Assembly: GCA_013265495.1 (NCBI GenBank)
Contig: MU058636.1
Coordinates: forward strand, 2,170,001-2,234,000
DNA length: 64,000 nt
Source: Vicugna vicugna
Lineage: Eukaryota
Direction: 5' to 3'
How positions within the stretch are numbered: the stretch's first letter is position 1; each line of letters starts with the position of its first letter. The notes under the pieces are model-generated. The model did not search any database and had not been told where the DNA came from. It saw only the letters and a program-made list of their open reading frames with translations. Shown here one piece after another: positions 35,161 to 49,015 of the stretch. The translations under genes and the position numbers were made by a program.

Positions 35161-38100
35161 CAAATCTTATGACTAAAATAATCAGAGTTAAGTCAAAATT
35201 GGGCTATTTTGAGCTTTGCTGCTACATATAATCTCAACGCTGTTAGATTTTTATACTTTAGCTTTTCCAGCTTAGGGCTTTAGAAGGCTGATTTTAGAGA
35301 AATAATTTTTCCTTCCTGTTCAATAACATCATTATTTACGTAGTAGATTTATAAACATATTGCAAAAACCTTACTATTGTTCCGCCAAATTGTAACCTTT
35401 TAAATTTAACATTCATTTAAAATTTCTAACTGCATAATTTGAATTTTAACTATTTAAATTTTTAAAAATTGAGCACATCAAAAATTATGTTGCTAGAGTT
35501 CTTGGAAGAAATCTACTGGTATTTTATTTCCTTTTATATTACAATTATTGATTTCCATTTATTTGTTTTTAACGCAAAGCTTTGCATATTAGGTTTATTT
35601 CAAATGAGATGCATCTGTCTTTGATTTTGCCTACCACATTTTCAACAGTACATAATCTTTCATGATAAATGACCTCTTTATCTAAATATCAATCCCCAAG
35701 TATCATGTTTCTAAAATTTGATTTTAAGACTCTGGGCCTTTACCAAGGTTGTGTGAGGTTAATGAAACATAATTCCTAATAAAAGAAGACTTTCTTTCCT
35801 CAAGATGTAGCTTATTAAAAGCTTAAGTCCCACAGACTAAATCCCATAGAATCTTTTTGGTTGGTGGCGAGGGTGGGAGAAAGGTTACGAATACAGTTGC
35901 AGATGAACCAAATTTCCAGAAACTACCAGAAGTTTTGTTTGAGATGCTAATTCCTAAAGGGCTGTAATACTTAATAAAAAGTTAACTCTTGGTCTTAACT
36001 TCTGTGTCATGACTTCAGATTATCTGATACTTACGTAGATAGTATGGAGGGGACATTATGACTGAACGCACAGGTTAGAATGACTGCCCTAAATAAAGAT
36101 TATGTCACCAGCCCATCACAATGTGCATTTTTCCTCCCTTCAAGCATGATGGAGAAGGACCAGCGCGCTCACGTTCCCTCGATCCACAGGCTAAACCGAA
36201 GGTGGGAAAGCCACGGGAATTTGTATGACGGCAGCGTCACTGGATCCCACAACGACAGGTGATGTTACTCTTTTAAATGATATTCTCCCCCCATAAACAA
36301 CTGGCCTTAAATCAGGGAAGGACCTAAGGAAAGGAAAGGCTGTTCACGTAACCGCAGGTGCACAGACAGCTACCTACGGGGAGGTGCACGCCTCTCTTCC
36401 TGGGAAGCTGGTTTTGGGTGCAGAAACCAGAGGGGTGGTGGCGCGTGCGTTTTAACAGCACTCTTCGTTCTCGGAGGCGCAGGGACAGCTCTTGCTACGC
36501 TGGGACTCAGAAATTGACACGCATCCAGCAAGAGCACCAAGCTCTGACTCACCGCTGACTAATCCCTCGCAGAGATAAGACTGTGACTTTCAAGTGGACA
36601 AATACAGGATATTTTAGATCAGGACAACTGTGTTATTGATCTTCCGGGTCCACAAATGAATAGTTTGGTGGCTGCTTCCAGCAACAGTTCACCTAACTTG
36701 TAGAAAGTTGCTGACGCCGGAGACTTGCTATTCCCTTTTCATCTTTACATTATGCTGAACTGTCTTCTCACTCGGACCCACAAAAAGGAATTCACCGGCT
36801 TCTTGCTTTGGAATTTCTGCTCTCCTAAATAATCCCCAAGTCATCAGATCCGAAATGTGAAGCATCTGATCGCCATGCCTTGATAGAAAATTTCCAAAGT
36901 CATCTATACAGCATGCATGTCTTGAATTCAGGGGAAAAAATTATTTAATTTCATCAGTGACTTTTGGCACAACCCTAGAGACGTTCATCTGAATAATTTT
37001 AAAGCTGTCTCACAGTTCATACTGTAATTATCAGTCAACAAAACTCCGTAAAAGTTATTGGAAAGAAAAAGAAAACCTGTGTGGTGGAAGATGTTTACCA
37101 AGAGGAAAGTCCTCTACCGACACGAACATTCCTACTGTCAGTGTTTATGAGGGCCGCGTCCCCAGGGTTCCTCTCTGAGCTTTTTACTTGACACTGGCTT
37201 CTCGGAGGGTCATGGTTTTAACAGGGCACATTCATTTATCACCGGGCCTGTCACCAGCTACCATCAGGAGCCTACCCTCCCAATGACCTGGACCCAGGCG
37301 CAGCTCCTTTTCATGTGACATCAGAGATAATTAAGGTTGGTCAGTGAGAAATCTCCTGCCGACCGAGGAGTTACCTTTTTCCCCAAAAATGCTCTCCTCC
37401 CACACTGATGTCTTTTTATTGAATCAGTTCAAAAACCACCTCCATAGAGACGTCTAACAACATGTCATTTCAATTTACCGTACGTTGTCAGGGAAGTTAT
37501 CTGAGCGGCCAGGAGCAAGGGTCAAGATCTGTTGACAGGACACGGGACAGAGCTTGCAAAGCATTCAGCGGAGAAGATGGCCCGCTTTCATCTGGCTACA
37601 CCAAGGGAGATGGACAGAACAAACGCTCTTTACACCCTGAAGATGCAGAGGCAGGTTTCAGGGGGCGGGGGGCTCAGACAAGGCTGCGTCTCTACCAGGA
37701 GCGGGCAGCTCACTACATGCGAAGCAGACACCCTCCCGGCCTCTGTGCTTATCCAATGCGACCGTTCAGAGGACCGTGGGGGAAGCAGCTGATGCCCCCT
37801 CATCGAAAATGGCTCGTAAGCACCAGACCGCTCTGCCGTCACTCATGTTGATTCCCAAGTTATTTCAGGACTAGAATATCTTCATTTTCAGGTTATAAAC
37901 ACTTAAAACAAAGAATGCTCAGCAGAGGTGCAGTCTTAGTAAACACACACACACACAATGCATGCAACACTTGGCTGACTGGAAGCAACTGGGGTTTTCC
38001 TGTTTTTAAATAAAGAATTATTAGTCTGGAAGCACAGGACAGGATGTATCAACCCACCATTTAAAATCTAAAGCCATCCCGACTCTACGCGGCAGTACGA

Positions 38101-40438
38101 TTACACGTTGGTCTGCCACCAGATGCTTTGCCGACCTCTCTGTGTGCCTTACTGTTCCATGCTGGAGTTCCAGGAGTCTTTGGAGACAAGGACGGCAGGT
38201 GGACAAGATCTTTACATGATCCCTGGGGATCCTTTAAGAAGGAAAGCACCACAGAGAAGATCTGGGAAGTATTTTATCGATTCAATATAAGAGCTTGCCA
38301 TAGAATGGGGAAAGGTTAGGAACAGGAATTGGAACTTTAAATTTCAGTTTAGCCGTTGCCTATAACCTGTCATGTAATATGGATCAGCTTCAGACTCACA
38401 CACAGTTCTTTCTGGAAAAAAAATGAATAGATCATGGAGCTGTACGCTGGCATGCAGCTGAGTACCCACAAGAAATCTATCATGCTGAAGTCTTAATTTC
38501 AAATCCAAAACAAATGCCTTAAATTTCTGGATCATAAAAAGAAGGAGGCTGGCAAGCAGGCAGGTGGGCAAACACGCACCTTAACACTCTAGCTGTCCGT
38601 GCGAGAAAAAGGCTGAAAACATTATTATCGCAAACCCAAAGTTTGGTCTATTCTTTTCATATATTCTTCCACTTCATAATCTGTTATAAATAAGGACACA
38701 ATACCATTGGCTTTACATATAAAAGTAGGAGAGAAAGAAAACAGATTGGAAGGCTGAGTGAGATAAAGTTCTGGTGTTAATTTTAAGCTTCCCCTGATAG
38801 TTTATGAAGTCTTGACTACATAGAAAACATTTTTCTGGAGTTCCTGTCTATAAAGGAGGTGCTTTATAAATTCACTCCCTAAGAGGAAAGTTGAGCGATC
38901 TCCGTCTTTGTTACCAATAACATATACAAACCTTCTGACCCTCGAGATTTAACTGGCCAAGAGTGTGCAGTAAAGTTATCCATCATCGGGGAATTGAGTT
39001 TTTGAAAGCTACGTTAGCATACTTTCTAAGACTCATTAAACACTGTCCTTGACCATTGTGTTTCTGTTGTCAAAATCAGTTTCCTTCTAAATTAAACAAT
39101 TTGGAATACAATTGCTTTTCATTACACGTATTTTTGAGACTAATCCTATGTGGACAATGGGATGGGTGTGTCGACTGAACTGTTCTTTTAAATACTGGTC
39201 TGCTTTAATTTTCACGTTTTCTTAAGACACACTCAATTTACATAGTAAATATTTGTAAGAGCTGGCCTCCCTAAGATTTCAGACTTTAAAAAAATATATA
39301 TAATCTCAAATTGAATTAATGTGGTACCAGTTTTGCTGAGAGCCAAGGTTCTGGACAGGAAAGTAACCGTTACAAGCGGCGTGCCAGCACCAGAAGTATC
39401 TCAATTTTTAAAGAACTAATTTACTGAAGGCTCCTCACTTACTTAGGTATGTGATACTAAGGTCTTCCTTACAAATATCCATGAAAGACTTTAAAGTCAT
39501 TTGCACCCCAAACCTGCCTGGAGAATACTGATTTTAAAGCATGGGGCATTTTTACTCATAAAATTTCATTAATCTGTTATAGAATTAGCATTTTTATATC
39601 ATCCAAGATATCACATATCTGATGGAAGAAAAAAAATAAAACACCAGTTTCTGTGATTGGTTGGCCATCAACCTCACGGGCTTTAAAATAACTCCTTCTG
39701 GAAGACAAGACCAAAACCAGTGAGTGGAAGGTACAAAAAACCAGAAGAAAGAACTCTGAAGAGAGGCAGTAAGGTTCCCAATATTGGAGCGGTCCCTGTA
39801 AAGCAAAGCCACCAACCCTGACGTGGCACGGACGGACTGGGTTAAGGGTTGGTCCCCATCTGTGATTCCTGGAGTCTGGAAACGCAATACTCTCATTTAT
39901 CTCTTCTTCTCTCTCTTTCCCTGCCAGCCAACCCTGGCTTATTTTCCCAATTCCATGCCCAGTGTGACCCGTTCCTCTCACCCCCTCACCTGTCTCTCTC
40001 TGCTCTTTAACCTCAGCATTTATTCTTCCGTTTAATACTGCAAACATATACTAAGAGAAGGAAACAATAATAGATATGACAAGCAAGATCACTTCTTTAA
40101 AGTGTTTATATCTTAGGCTGGGCAACAGATACACAAGTGTGTGTTCTGTATATATATATATATATATATGATAGATGCAACTGTATACGTACAAACTAGT
40201 TTTTGTACAAATATAAAGTGACATTATGTTGATGTATTATCCCAGGGAAGCACCTGACATGGGGGTGGCCAACAGAGCCCAGGGAGTGAAGGACATTCTC
40301 TCAGGAGGAGGACACTAAAGGTAAGACCTGAAGAATGAGTATGTGTTTGCTAAAGGAAACTCTAGAGTCTCCTTCTTGCTTCCAGACCCTCTAAAGCTCA
40401 TCTTTACTTTTTAAACAATTGTTTTCTTTACCAACTAC

Positions 40439-40562
40439 ACTTTTTGGGAGGGGGGTGGTAATTAGGTTTATTTATTTTTTAATGGTGATACTGGGCATTG
40501 AACCCAGGACCTCATGCATGCTAGGCAAGCACTCTACCAATTGAGCTATACTCTCCTCCACT
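40439..40562 (-). mobile_element. tRNA-Ala-derived SINE (only copy in FLT1 sense orientation)
   Basis: Reverse-complement A/B boxes; TSD TTTACCAACTAC (40427-40438, 40563-40574). Confidence 0.88.
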
Positions 40563-40694
40563 TTTACCAACTACTCTTCTCTTGCTTCCACAGCTCTGCT
40601 TTCCTTGACCTCTTTGCTGAGATATTCACTGGAAGATATGCCTAGGTCACATTGTGCTTTTTGAAATCATGTAAGGATGGATGCAGAGTGAGGG

Positions 40695-40744
40695 GAATAA
40701 ACGAAAATGATCAGATGTGAATAAACGAAAATGATCAGATGTGA
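40695..40744. repeat. Perfect 24-bp tandem duplication
   Basis: GAATAAACGAAAATGATCAGATGT twice. Confidence 0.95.
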
Positions 40745-41912
40745 CACAGCAGCCAGGACTTAACCTGTGCCTCCTTTTCTCTCCTCTTCCTGGCCTGCAT
40801 GACGGATGGTTCAGAGCCAAGAGGAAATCGTTTCCAACACAAATGTTCTTAACCGAGATGGCAAAACCAGCAGCAGTGGTAACAATGCTACCTGGTACCT
40901 TCAGGCTGCGCTGATGTACCTACAAATTAAGATTCCCAATCAACTGTCTCTCTTCTGGGCTGTTTGGGAAACTTGACCACTAAAAGCATCCCAGCAGGAG
41001 GGTCTATCTAAAGGAAGTATCTCTTGGTGACCATTTCTTTCCTGGCCAGGCAACTTACATCCTCGTTCTGAATCCCGAGTCTAGATTCAGTATAGGAGAA
41101 CATGGCAGCTTGGCCAAGGATAAGAAAGGGGTCACTGAAACCAGAGGATGGCCCAGGTAGGTAACAGCACATTTCAGATGTGTAGGGAGAATTCCTGCCA
41201 ACTCTTAGACATATTTCTGCCAACCTCCTCCACTACAGCCACACATAGGTTCTCAGAAGGTGAACCAATGTGGAACCATGACTCCAGAAGGGCCTCTGAG
41301 ACCCAGAGGGCCGACTCGGATACAGTGCCAGGCAGTTCAACTGTTTATTGAGTGACTGCTACATGCCAGGCTCTGTCCTGGATCACAGCCGTGGAAATGG
41401 AGCAGAAGCCAGGCCTTTCTCCGGAAGGGCCTTCAGCCCTGAGTGGCCCCTTAGGACGTGAGTCACAAAGAAGAAGATTAGGTGAACACCACGCTGTGTT
41501 CAAGATTATCTGAGTCAACAAACATATCACCTCAAAGCTATGCACACTTTTTTTTTTTAAAGGATGTGTTTTAGAGTACAGGGAGTCACAAATTCTTTGC
41601 TAACGTAAGTGATTAGCTTCAGTTAACTTCACAGTTCACTTCGCAAGAGACTTGCTCAATGGTGAACCCAGAGCACAATAAATACCATCCTGTTTCCCTC
41701 TTGAAAGAAAATATAGTGGGTTAACTGGTGAGAATTGCTTGAGCACCTTTCAAGGGAATATATTAAAATGTTCTAATATAAAAACGGGCTTTCAGGCACC
41801 CCTGACCTCACACTGGCAGCTGAACAGGAACCTGGACTCGTGACTGGTTATGAAACTGCATCAGGAGAATTAAATTCAACATCATCCATGTCTTCCCTCA
41901 TGAAATCACAGC

Positions 41913-41960
<48 letters not shown>
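41913..41960. repeat. Compound microsatellite A15-(TA)n-(CA)n
   Basis: Directly visible. Confidence 0.9.
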
Positions 41961-43932
41961 GTATATACATATGGCATACAAAAACATCGTTAAGAAAATA
42001 CATTTCTTAAAAGAAATCTCTCCTCAGTCTGTACTTAAGACTCTTCCAAACTGGTGAGTGAATTATTTGAGCACGGCGATTCCACGCCCGTCTGCTTGGA
42101 CTACAAAGCACATTTAAAATCAACAACAACTCTATTTCCACACGTCGGAATTTTATTCCCCCTAAAAAGAGATCTACTGGGATTTAGAATCACTGAGTTT
42201 AACCTCCAGTCCCAAAGGGCTAAAGCAACGTAGAAATTCTTGGAAATCAGCATTCATGTTAGTCTCCTGCACATCTAAGCGACTTTGTGTGGCAAATACT
42301 TGACTTAAGGTATTTTCCATTTACCAGTTTTGAGGGCAGAGGCTGGGACGGGGGAGTGAGTGGCAGAACCACTTCTAATCTGTACACCAACGATGTGTGT
42401 CAAATATCCCCTGGCCCCGAGAAGTTACAGGTACACAGAGTCCATCCGGGGCCTCATGATGGCCCAGTTCCCATGGCCTTCTTTTTCTTCCCCTCCAGTT
42501 CTAGAATTCCCTCTGGAGAAGATTTCAAAGCTATAAAAATTTCCAAATAACAACAGAACACAAAAATCTGATCCAGCAGGAGACACTGAGTGGAAAAGAG
42601 AGTTAAACAGGTTTCCAAAAAGAAAACACTGCCATTAATCATAGACGAAGCGCTGGCACCCGAGTTTACACAGCCTTTTACAGTTGTTTGCTTGCAGGTC
42701 CCTCTAATACAACCCCGCCTTTCCGTCTGTTTACATGTATTTTTGGCTTCTCTAATGCCCTCTCAGAAAAAGAAAACAATCATAAAAATCAAACAGCATA
42801 TATATCACCACTCCTTATAACTTTCATCCATTTGACCACATTTTCAGCTGCTTCCCTGGGATGAAAGATAAAACTCCTCTGTAGGTGGCAGAATTGGATT
42901 TTTCTCAGATTCAGATAAACACGGTCATATTCTGGTTTCAGAAGGGGTCCCTCTCCTAGTAACGATCCAGGAAGAAGTCAAATACTTTGCTTCTCTTTCT
43001 TGACTTGCAGGCTTTGAATATCTGAAAAGAAGAGTCTAAGGAAGAGCAAGAGCCCCAAGGAGCAACAGGGCTTATAGAAATGCTTCCATTTTTGAAAACT
43101 GTACAAGGACTGTCAGTCAAACAGGGAAACCAAAGCCTGTGGCGGTGCCCACCCCAGAGCGCCGGGAGCATCCTCTGGGGCTCTGCCCTCGGACGTCTGT
43201 CTTTTTCCCACGAGCACTGGAGCTTTCTCTACTAACCGCTGAAAACCAGACTCCGTGGTTTTCCTGAACTCCTAGATGTTATCATTCAAGGTCTTTTGGG
43301 TAAACGTTGGTGGAAAGAGCACCAATTTTAAAATCGGAAAGACCTATGTTTTCAGTCTTGGCTTGGTCACTCTGTAAGAATGCAACCCCAGCAAATCACC
43401 AGTTTCCCTGAGCCTCAGGGTTTCAGTTCATAAAACAGAGTTAAAAGTGTGCACATTGGATGGTTAGGAGGAGGTTCTCGGCACACGGCACCTGTGCTTG
43501 GAGGTGCCCAGCTGCACATTCCTCCCCTTCCCTCGGGGACAGAGTCCTCCCCCATGCCAGCTCAGGAAGCATCTGCCTTCGGGGCCTTTCTCATCCTCCA
43601 GTTTTACTAAGAAAAAGCTCCAAGTCTTTGTGGTTTCTGGGATCTAAAAGGTGCAGAGAAGTAGACATTTGATTCCTGGAAACAATCTGGCCGAAGGCAG
43701 CCCCAGCTTGTTCAGGGAATTCAGGGAATTCGTCCAGAATCAAAGCATAGCCTCATCCGTCCCCCTATGTGATCTCAATCAGTTACACGTCACATGTTGG
43801 AGAGCAGTTGGGAAACCTATATAAAGTCAAGTTCTTATATTGGTGTTGGAGATCCTTTCCTGATTTGGATTTTTGGGAAGGTCCTTGAATACCAATGATA
43901 AGAAAACCCACATGATTAAATCTCTTTCTTAG

Positions 43933-44068
43933 CTATGTTCAATATCTTATAATAACCTTTAACGAAAAAAATTATGAAAACAAATGTATGTATGTATATG
44001 TATGACTGGGACATTGTGTTGCACACTGGAAACTGACATATTATAATTGACTGTACTTCAATTAAAAA
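43933..44068 (+). mobile_element. Very short L1 3' terminus
   Basis: L1 end plus A tail; TSD AAAT(C/T)TCT(T/G)TCTTAG (43918-43932, 44069-44083). Confidence 0.8.
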
Positions 44069-46074
44069 AAATTTCTGTCTTAGTGGAGACTTTAATGGTG
44101 CCTGTGACACACAGCAGTGGGATCTCTCAAGGCCACTCCAGGCTGGAGTCGCAGTGGTGTCTCATGTTCTTTGGAGACAGCAAAACTCCAAGGATAGAAT
44201 GGTTTTGAAAGAAGGGAAGGAAGACTAGCCCGCTCTCACCCACAGTCTGTCCCTTCTCCCCTTTGCCTTTCGGCCGTGAGGCACAGTGAGAGAAGGGAAG
44301 TTGAGGGTCTGATAAAACCAGACTGAAATAATTCCAGTTAAGGGAGGTATTTAATTTACCTAAATACTTAGGTTATCTCTGATCTTAGAAAAAGTATTTA
44401 ATTTACTTAAGCCTCAGTTGCCTCATATTTAAGAGCATATCACACTTACCTCGGGACTGAGTAATACAATATGTGTAAATCAAAGGGCCTGACAGTTCTT
44501 AAGGGTTGGTCTCCTCCTTTCCCGCCCCCAGCACACACAGCCTCACCACATCATCCAGAAGAAGACGCTCAGAGACCCTATGAGATAAGCCAAGAAGCTG
44601 CAGACTGCCTCCACTCGCAGTCTGGGGTCCACTGTCCCCCCTTGCCGATGCCACGGGGTTTGGGAGAGGCCACCTTCACTGTGGCCTATGGCCCCTAATC
44701 AAGAGTTATGAATAGGACTCTTCCTCGGGCTCAGCTGTCTTTAGCTCCTGGGTTAAGAAGGGCCAAGGCATTATTCACTATGATTTTCTTGGCCAAACTC
44801 CAGCCTAATATCTAGACTGAAAAGAAAGGTTAAGTGCTGGACAGCAGTGTGTTCGGCTTGAGGGGCGTGGCCACGAGACTGGGCAGCCCCTAACAGAGAG
44901 GAGCCTTCTCCCCAGCCCCCACTCTGAGTTAGGACCGCTCTGACCAGCCCAACGTCAGGTCGCAGGAGTGGTGCTGCAGGACTTGCAAAGGCCCTAAGGC
45001 ATCCACTGTCGCCCTCTCAGACAGCCCCTGCCTCCAAGAAGGACGCCAGGCTAGACGGCTGGATGGCAGGAGGCTGGGTGTAGAGGGAGACTAGGGAAAG
45101 CCAGCACCACTGTCCCAGTTACAACGCCCGGTGACTAAAGCTGCAGGAGCAACCCAGGTGAAGTCCAAAGAAAATCACGCAGATGAGCCCTGCCCAGACT
45201 TCTAACCCACAGACCCAGGAGACATCTTGGGTTCTTGTTTTAGGCCACAGAGTCTTGGGGCAGGCTCTTACGTTGGCAACAGGTGACAGACAAAACCGTG
45301 TGGTGACTCAGGCCTGCAGGAGCAGTGATTCAGCAGTGGGAAAGGCTATGCTCTTTCCGTGTTTGAAAATGAAAGTGTCCAAGTGGCGCTCACAGAATAG
45401 TAGGCTTAAGTGCCCCCAGTGCCCTCAGATGCTCTCAGGGGAAGGCCACACGGTGGGAGGCCAGCTCGGTCTCCAGTATGGCGGTGGTGCAGCTCACCAG
45501 TGGGGACAGAGCCACAGCACATCACGGAAGTCAGCAGAGCCCGACTGCTCCATCAGCCACCCGAGCTGGGGACACTGACCCCAGCAGAGGCCTAGAGACA
45601 CAGACGCTCGGTCAGAGGCAGAGCACCGCAAGCCTTCCGGCAGCTTCGTGCGGGGCTCACTGGAGGGAAGCAGGGCTGGACCACGGCACGTGGCGGCCCA
45701 GGCTGGGCCAACAGCACGGCACCTTTCCAAAGGACCCTGCAGGCACGTGCCAGCTTTTCTGCAGAGCCGAGGCTGAGGGCTCAACCGTGTGAGGCAGGGA
45801 AGGAGGGCTACTGTCAGCCTCATTGTCCAGACCAGCAGCTCGGCTCTAGTTCCCAACTCACATACCTCACTCGGAAAACAGACCCACCTTCCTCAGAAGG
45901 CAACTGCATCGCACCCAGGGTCGCCCCAAGCACTTTATCCTGGCATTCCTCCACTAACACTCACTCCTCCTCCGAAGTCCACCGTGTTAGATGTCCAGTG
46001 ATGTTTTAGTGCCTTCAACAGATTGGCCCCTGGTCAGGTGCCTCCCCAGTGACCAGGCCTCTCACACCAGACCG

Positions 46075-46365
46075 AGGGCAGGGGCCCCAGAACCACCTGG
46101 GAACCTGCTGGAAATGCAAATTCCTGGCCCCACCCCAGACCTACTGAGTCAGAAACTCTGGGGCAGGCCCAGCGCCGCAGCGCAACCTCTCCAGGTGATC
46201 TGGGTGCGTGATAGAATCTGACCTGGGAGCTTTAAAATTACTGATGCCTGTGTCCTATTCAAAAGATGCTGATCAAATTGGTCAGAAGTGCAGCCAGGGC
46301 AAAAGGATTCTAAAAATCAAGCTCCCCAGATGATTCTACTGCAGAGCAAAGGCTGGGGACCATGG
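46075..46365. mobile_element. Two adjacent MER5-type (hAT-Charlie) relics
   Basis: cagaaccacctgggaacctgctggaaatgcaaattcctggccccaccccagacctactgagtcagaaactctggg, then a second cctgggagctttaaaattactgatgcctg...gctccccagatgattcta. Confidence 0.7.
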
Positions 46366-47944
46366 CCCGAGAGAAAAGCAGAGGGCTTCACAGAACTCAG
46401 CTGGCATACCAATTACTAATCAAGGCCACAGAAGGTGGCCTTGAGTTCAAGCGGTTTCGTATTTGTATGTAACAAAAGCCAAGGCTTCTCATTTACACAA
46501 GACCTCCTTCACTAAAGAATCTGATCCTTGTTATAGCTTTACTGGTGTCAACCAACTGCATGGGTGGGGCTGTCACTTGAAAGGAAATGCATTCAAACTC
46601 CATCAGTTAAATGGAAGGAGAGAGGACGGGGCTGAGGAAAAGTGCCCGGAAGCACTGGGGTCACCTGTGAAAAGACAAAAAATCTGCCCAGGAAGAAGGC
46701 GCAGCCCAGCACGATGGGACGGCAATGCCGCCGTGACGCCGGGGATTCCAGAGAAGGATACTTAATCTTCGCTGATTTTTACACCAAGTGGCTTTGCTCT
46801 GGAAGCAAATGCCTTGTCAAACTTCTATTTCTGATTAAAGCCCATCTATTTAATGCTGTTTCTAGTGTTTTTCACCAGGTCCCTATTTTCTAAGACCTTG
46901 ACCTTACACACATGGTGTGCTTAACTCTGGTACTCTTCAAGAGCACAACCTCTGTTTACTCTGATTCCAGGTCCAAGCTAAGTCTAAGATTCTGTTAAAA
47001 AAAAAAAAAAAAAGTCTTGAAGTAGGACACAGGTGTCCCAGCAAAGACAAGAACAGGAAGAGGCTCCTCGCTGTCCCAGGTCTAGTCCCTTGGTCACACA
47101 GGTCAAAGGTCACCACAAGGATGCTGGCAGAGAGACACTAGGGCTAAGAACCCTTTACTAAAATCAGTGCTTCTCAGTTTTTAATGTGCAAACAAAGCAC
47201 CTGGGGACTTTATTAGTGCACAGGTTCTGACCTGTTAAGTTCCCAGGGGACGCTGGGCTGTGGACAGCGCTTTGAGAAGCATGTTGCGGGCATATGCAAA
47301 GTGTGGGGGTGGCCGTGGGGGAAGGGAGGCACCAGCTTGAGCCAGGATCAGAGAAACAGTTTCACACCTAGCAGGTGGGTCCTGCCAGGAATCTATATGC
47401 ATGAATGGTTGAGGAGAACTCATTCTAAGGAAGGAGGAAATCAGACAACAAGCCTCGTTGGGTAACAAGGGTCCTACTGAAACAGAGCCTGGATTCTGAG
47501 TGTGGCCAGGTCTCTGTCATTCAGATTTGCAACCCAGCCCACCACCCAGTGACTCAGGCTTGAGTCTACGAGAGGATGAGCAAATCAAACCATGAAATCT
47601 GAGAACACTAAAAACTGTGTAAGACACTGGAGGAAAGGCAAAGTGCTGGCCCCTCACCAGTAGAGGCTAGGGCAGAACTGTGTGGACTAGGGTCCCAGGG
47701 AAGCATCATGACAGAACAGAACAGGACTAAGGACATGGGTATCTCAGGGAGATGAAGACCACAGGTGATTTCCTACATCTGAGCCACTCAGTGCCGAGGA
47801 CAAATGTTATCTATTGAGAACAGCCCCTTTAAAGAAACCACTGTAACTGAGGCCAAAGGCACAAGCAGGAGTGCATGAATATACTGGAATAAATTCATAC
47901 CTGGCCCTGAGAGATTTCTCCTTTGAAATGATAGTGTGGCTACA

Positions 47945-48330
47945 TCATTCACTCATTCATTCATTCATTCATTCCAACACTGACCAAGAGCCTCCATACC
48001 AGGCATGACACAGGTGCTGGAGCTCTGAGGACAGCTAAGACATGGCCTCTCCTCCCGCAAGAGCCAGAGCAGACACCCAAACAGAATACCAGCAATGCAA
48101 GGTGACAAGAACGGGAGGAGGGACCCAGAGAGCATAGGAGGTGACACATAGGAGTGGCGGAAACTAGGCTTCTGTCTGGGGCTGTACAGAGATGCTTACA
48201 GAGCTGGTGATTTCTGAGCTGAATTTTGGAGGCAGGGGAGAAGATGCAGAGGGAGAAAAGGGGTCTTGCAGGCAGATAAACAGCACGAACACGGAATGAT
48301 GAAAATGCAAGGCACAGCTAAAGATTAGTG
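47945..48330 (-). mobile_element. L2 LINE 3' relic
   Basis: (CATT)n tail followed by caacactgaccaagagcctccataccaggcatgacacaggtgctgg; boundaries approximate. Confidence 0.6.
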
Positions 48331-48870
48331 AGTAATTTCTCTGACGGGGGTAGTTTCGGGCTGGGACACAGGGTGTGTGCAGCGAGGTGGTGGCAGACAA
48401 AACTGGTACCATAAGCCACAACTATTTAAACCAGATCAGTTCAAAAGGAGGATTCCAACTGCTCACGAGAAAAATGAGCAGTCTTCTTACCAAATCTCTT
48501 GGAATACGAAGCAGCCACCATTCAGACATTCTTCATTAAACGCCTGATGGGCTTTTATATTTTTTCATATTAAAAAAGATGCCAGTTAGTTAAATAAATT
48601 ACAGCACAGCTATGCCACGAAATGCTACAGTCATTAAAAACACTGTTGTAAAAAAAATTAATGGTGATGCCTTATAATATGAATGAAGCATTAAGTTTAG
48701 AAAAGCAGTTTAAATGTATTTTTTCACAGAGCAGCCTATAAACACGTATCAACCACTGCAGTATGCTCATATGGTCCTGACTGTGTGTATGTGTGTAAAA
48801 AAATTGTGTGCCAATGGCAGGAAAGACCATTAAATGCATTCAATAAAATGAGAAATAAGATTTAAAAAGA

Positions 48871-49015
48871 GTGGGGAGGGTAGAGCTTAGTGGTAGAGCA
48901 CATGCTTAGCATGCACGAGGTCCTAGTTCAGTCCCCAGTACCTCCATTAAACAATAATAATAAAATAAGTAAATAAATCTAATTACCTCCCCCCACAAAA
49001 GTATTAAAGAAAAAA
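48871..49015 (+). mobile_element. tRNA-Ala-derived SINE
   Basis: A/B-box-like head, ctaattacctccccc tail; TSD AAGATTTAAAAA (48857-48868, 49016-49027). Confidence 0.9.

Noticed and set aside
40695..40744. Direct repeats as a CRISPR-like array
   Set aside because: Only two adjacent units with no spacers, in a mammalian intron.
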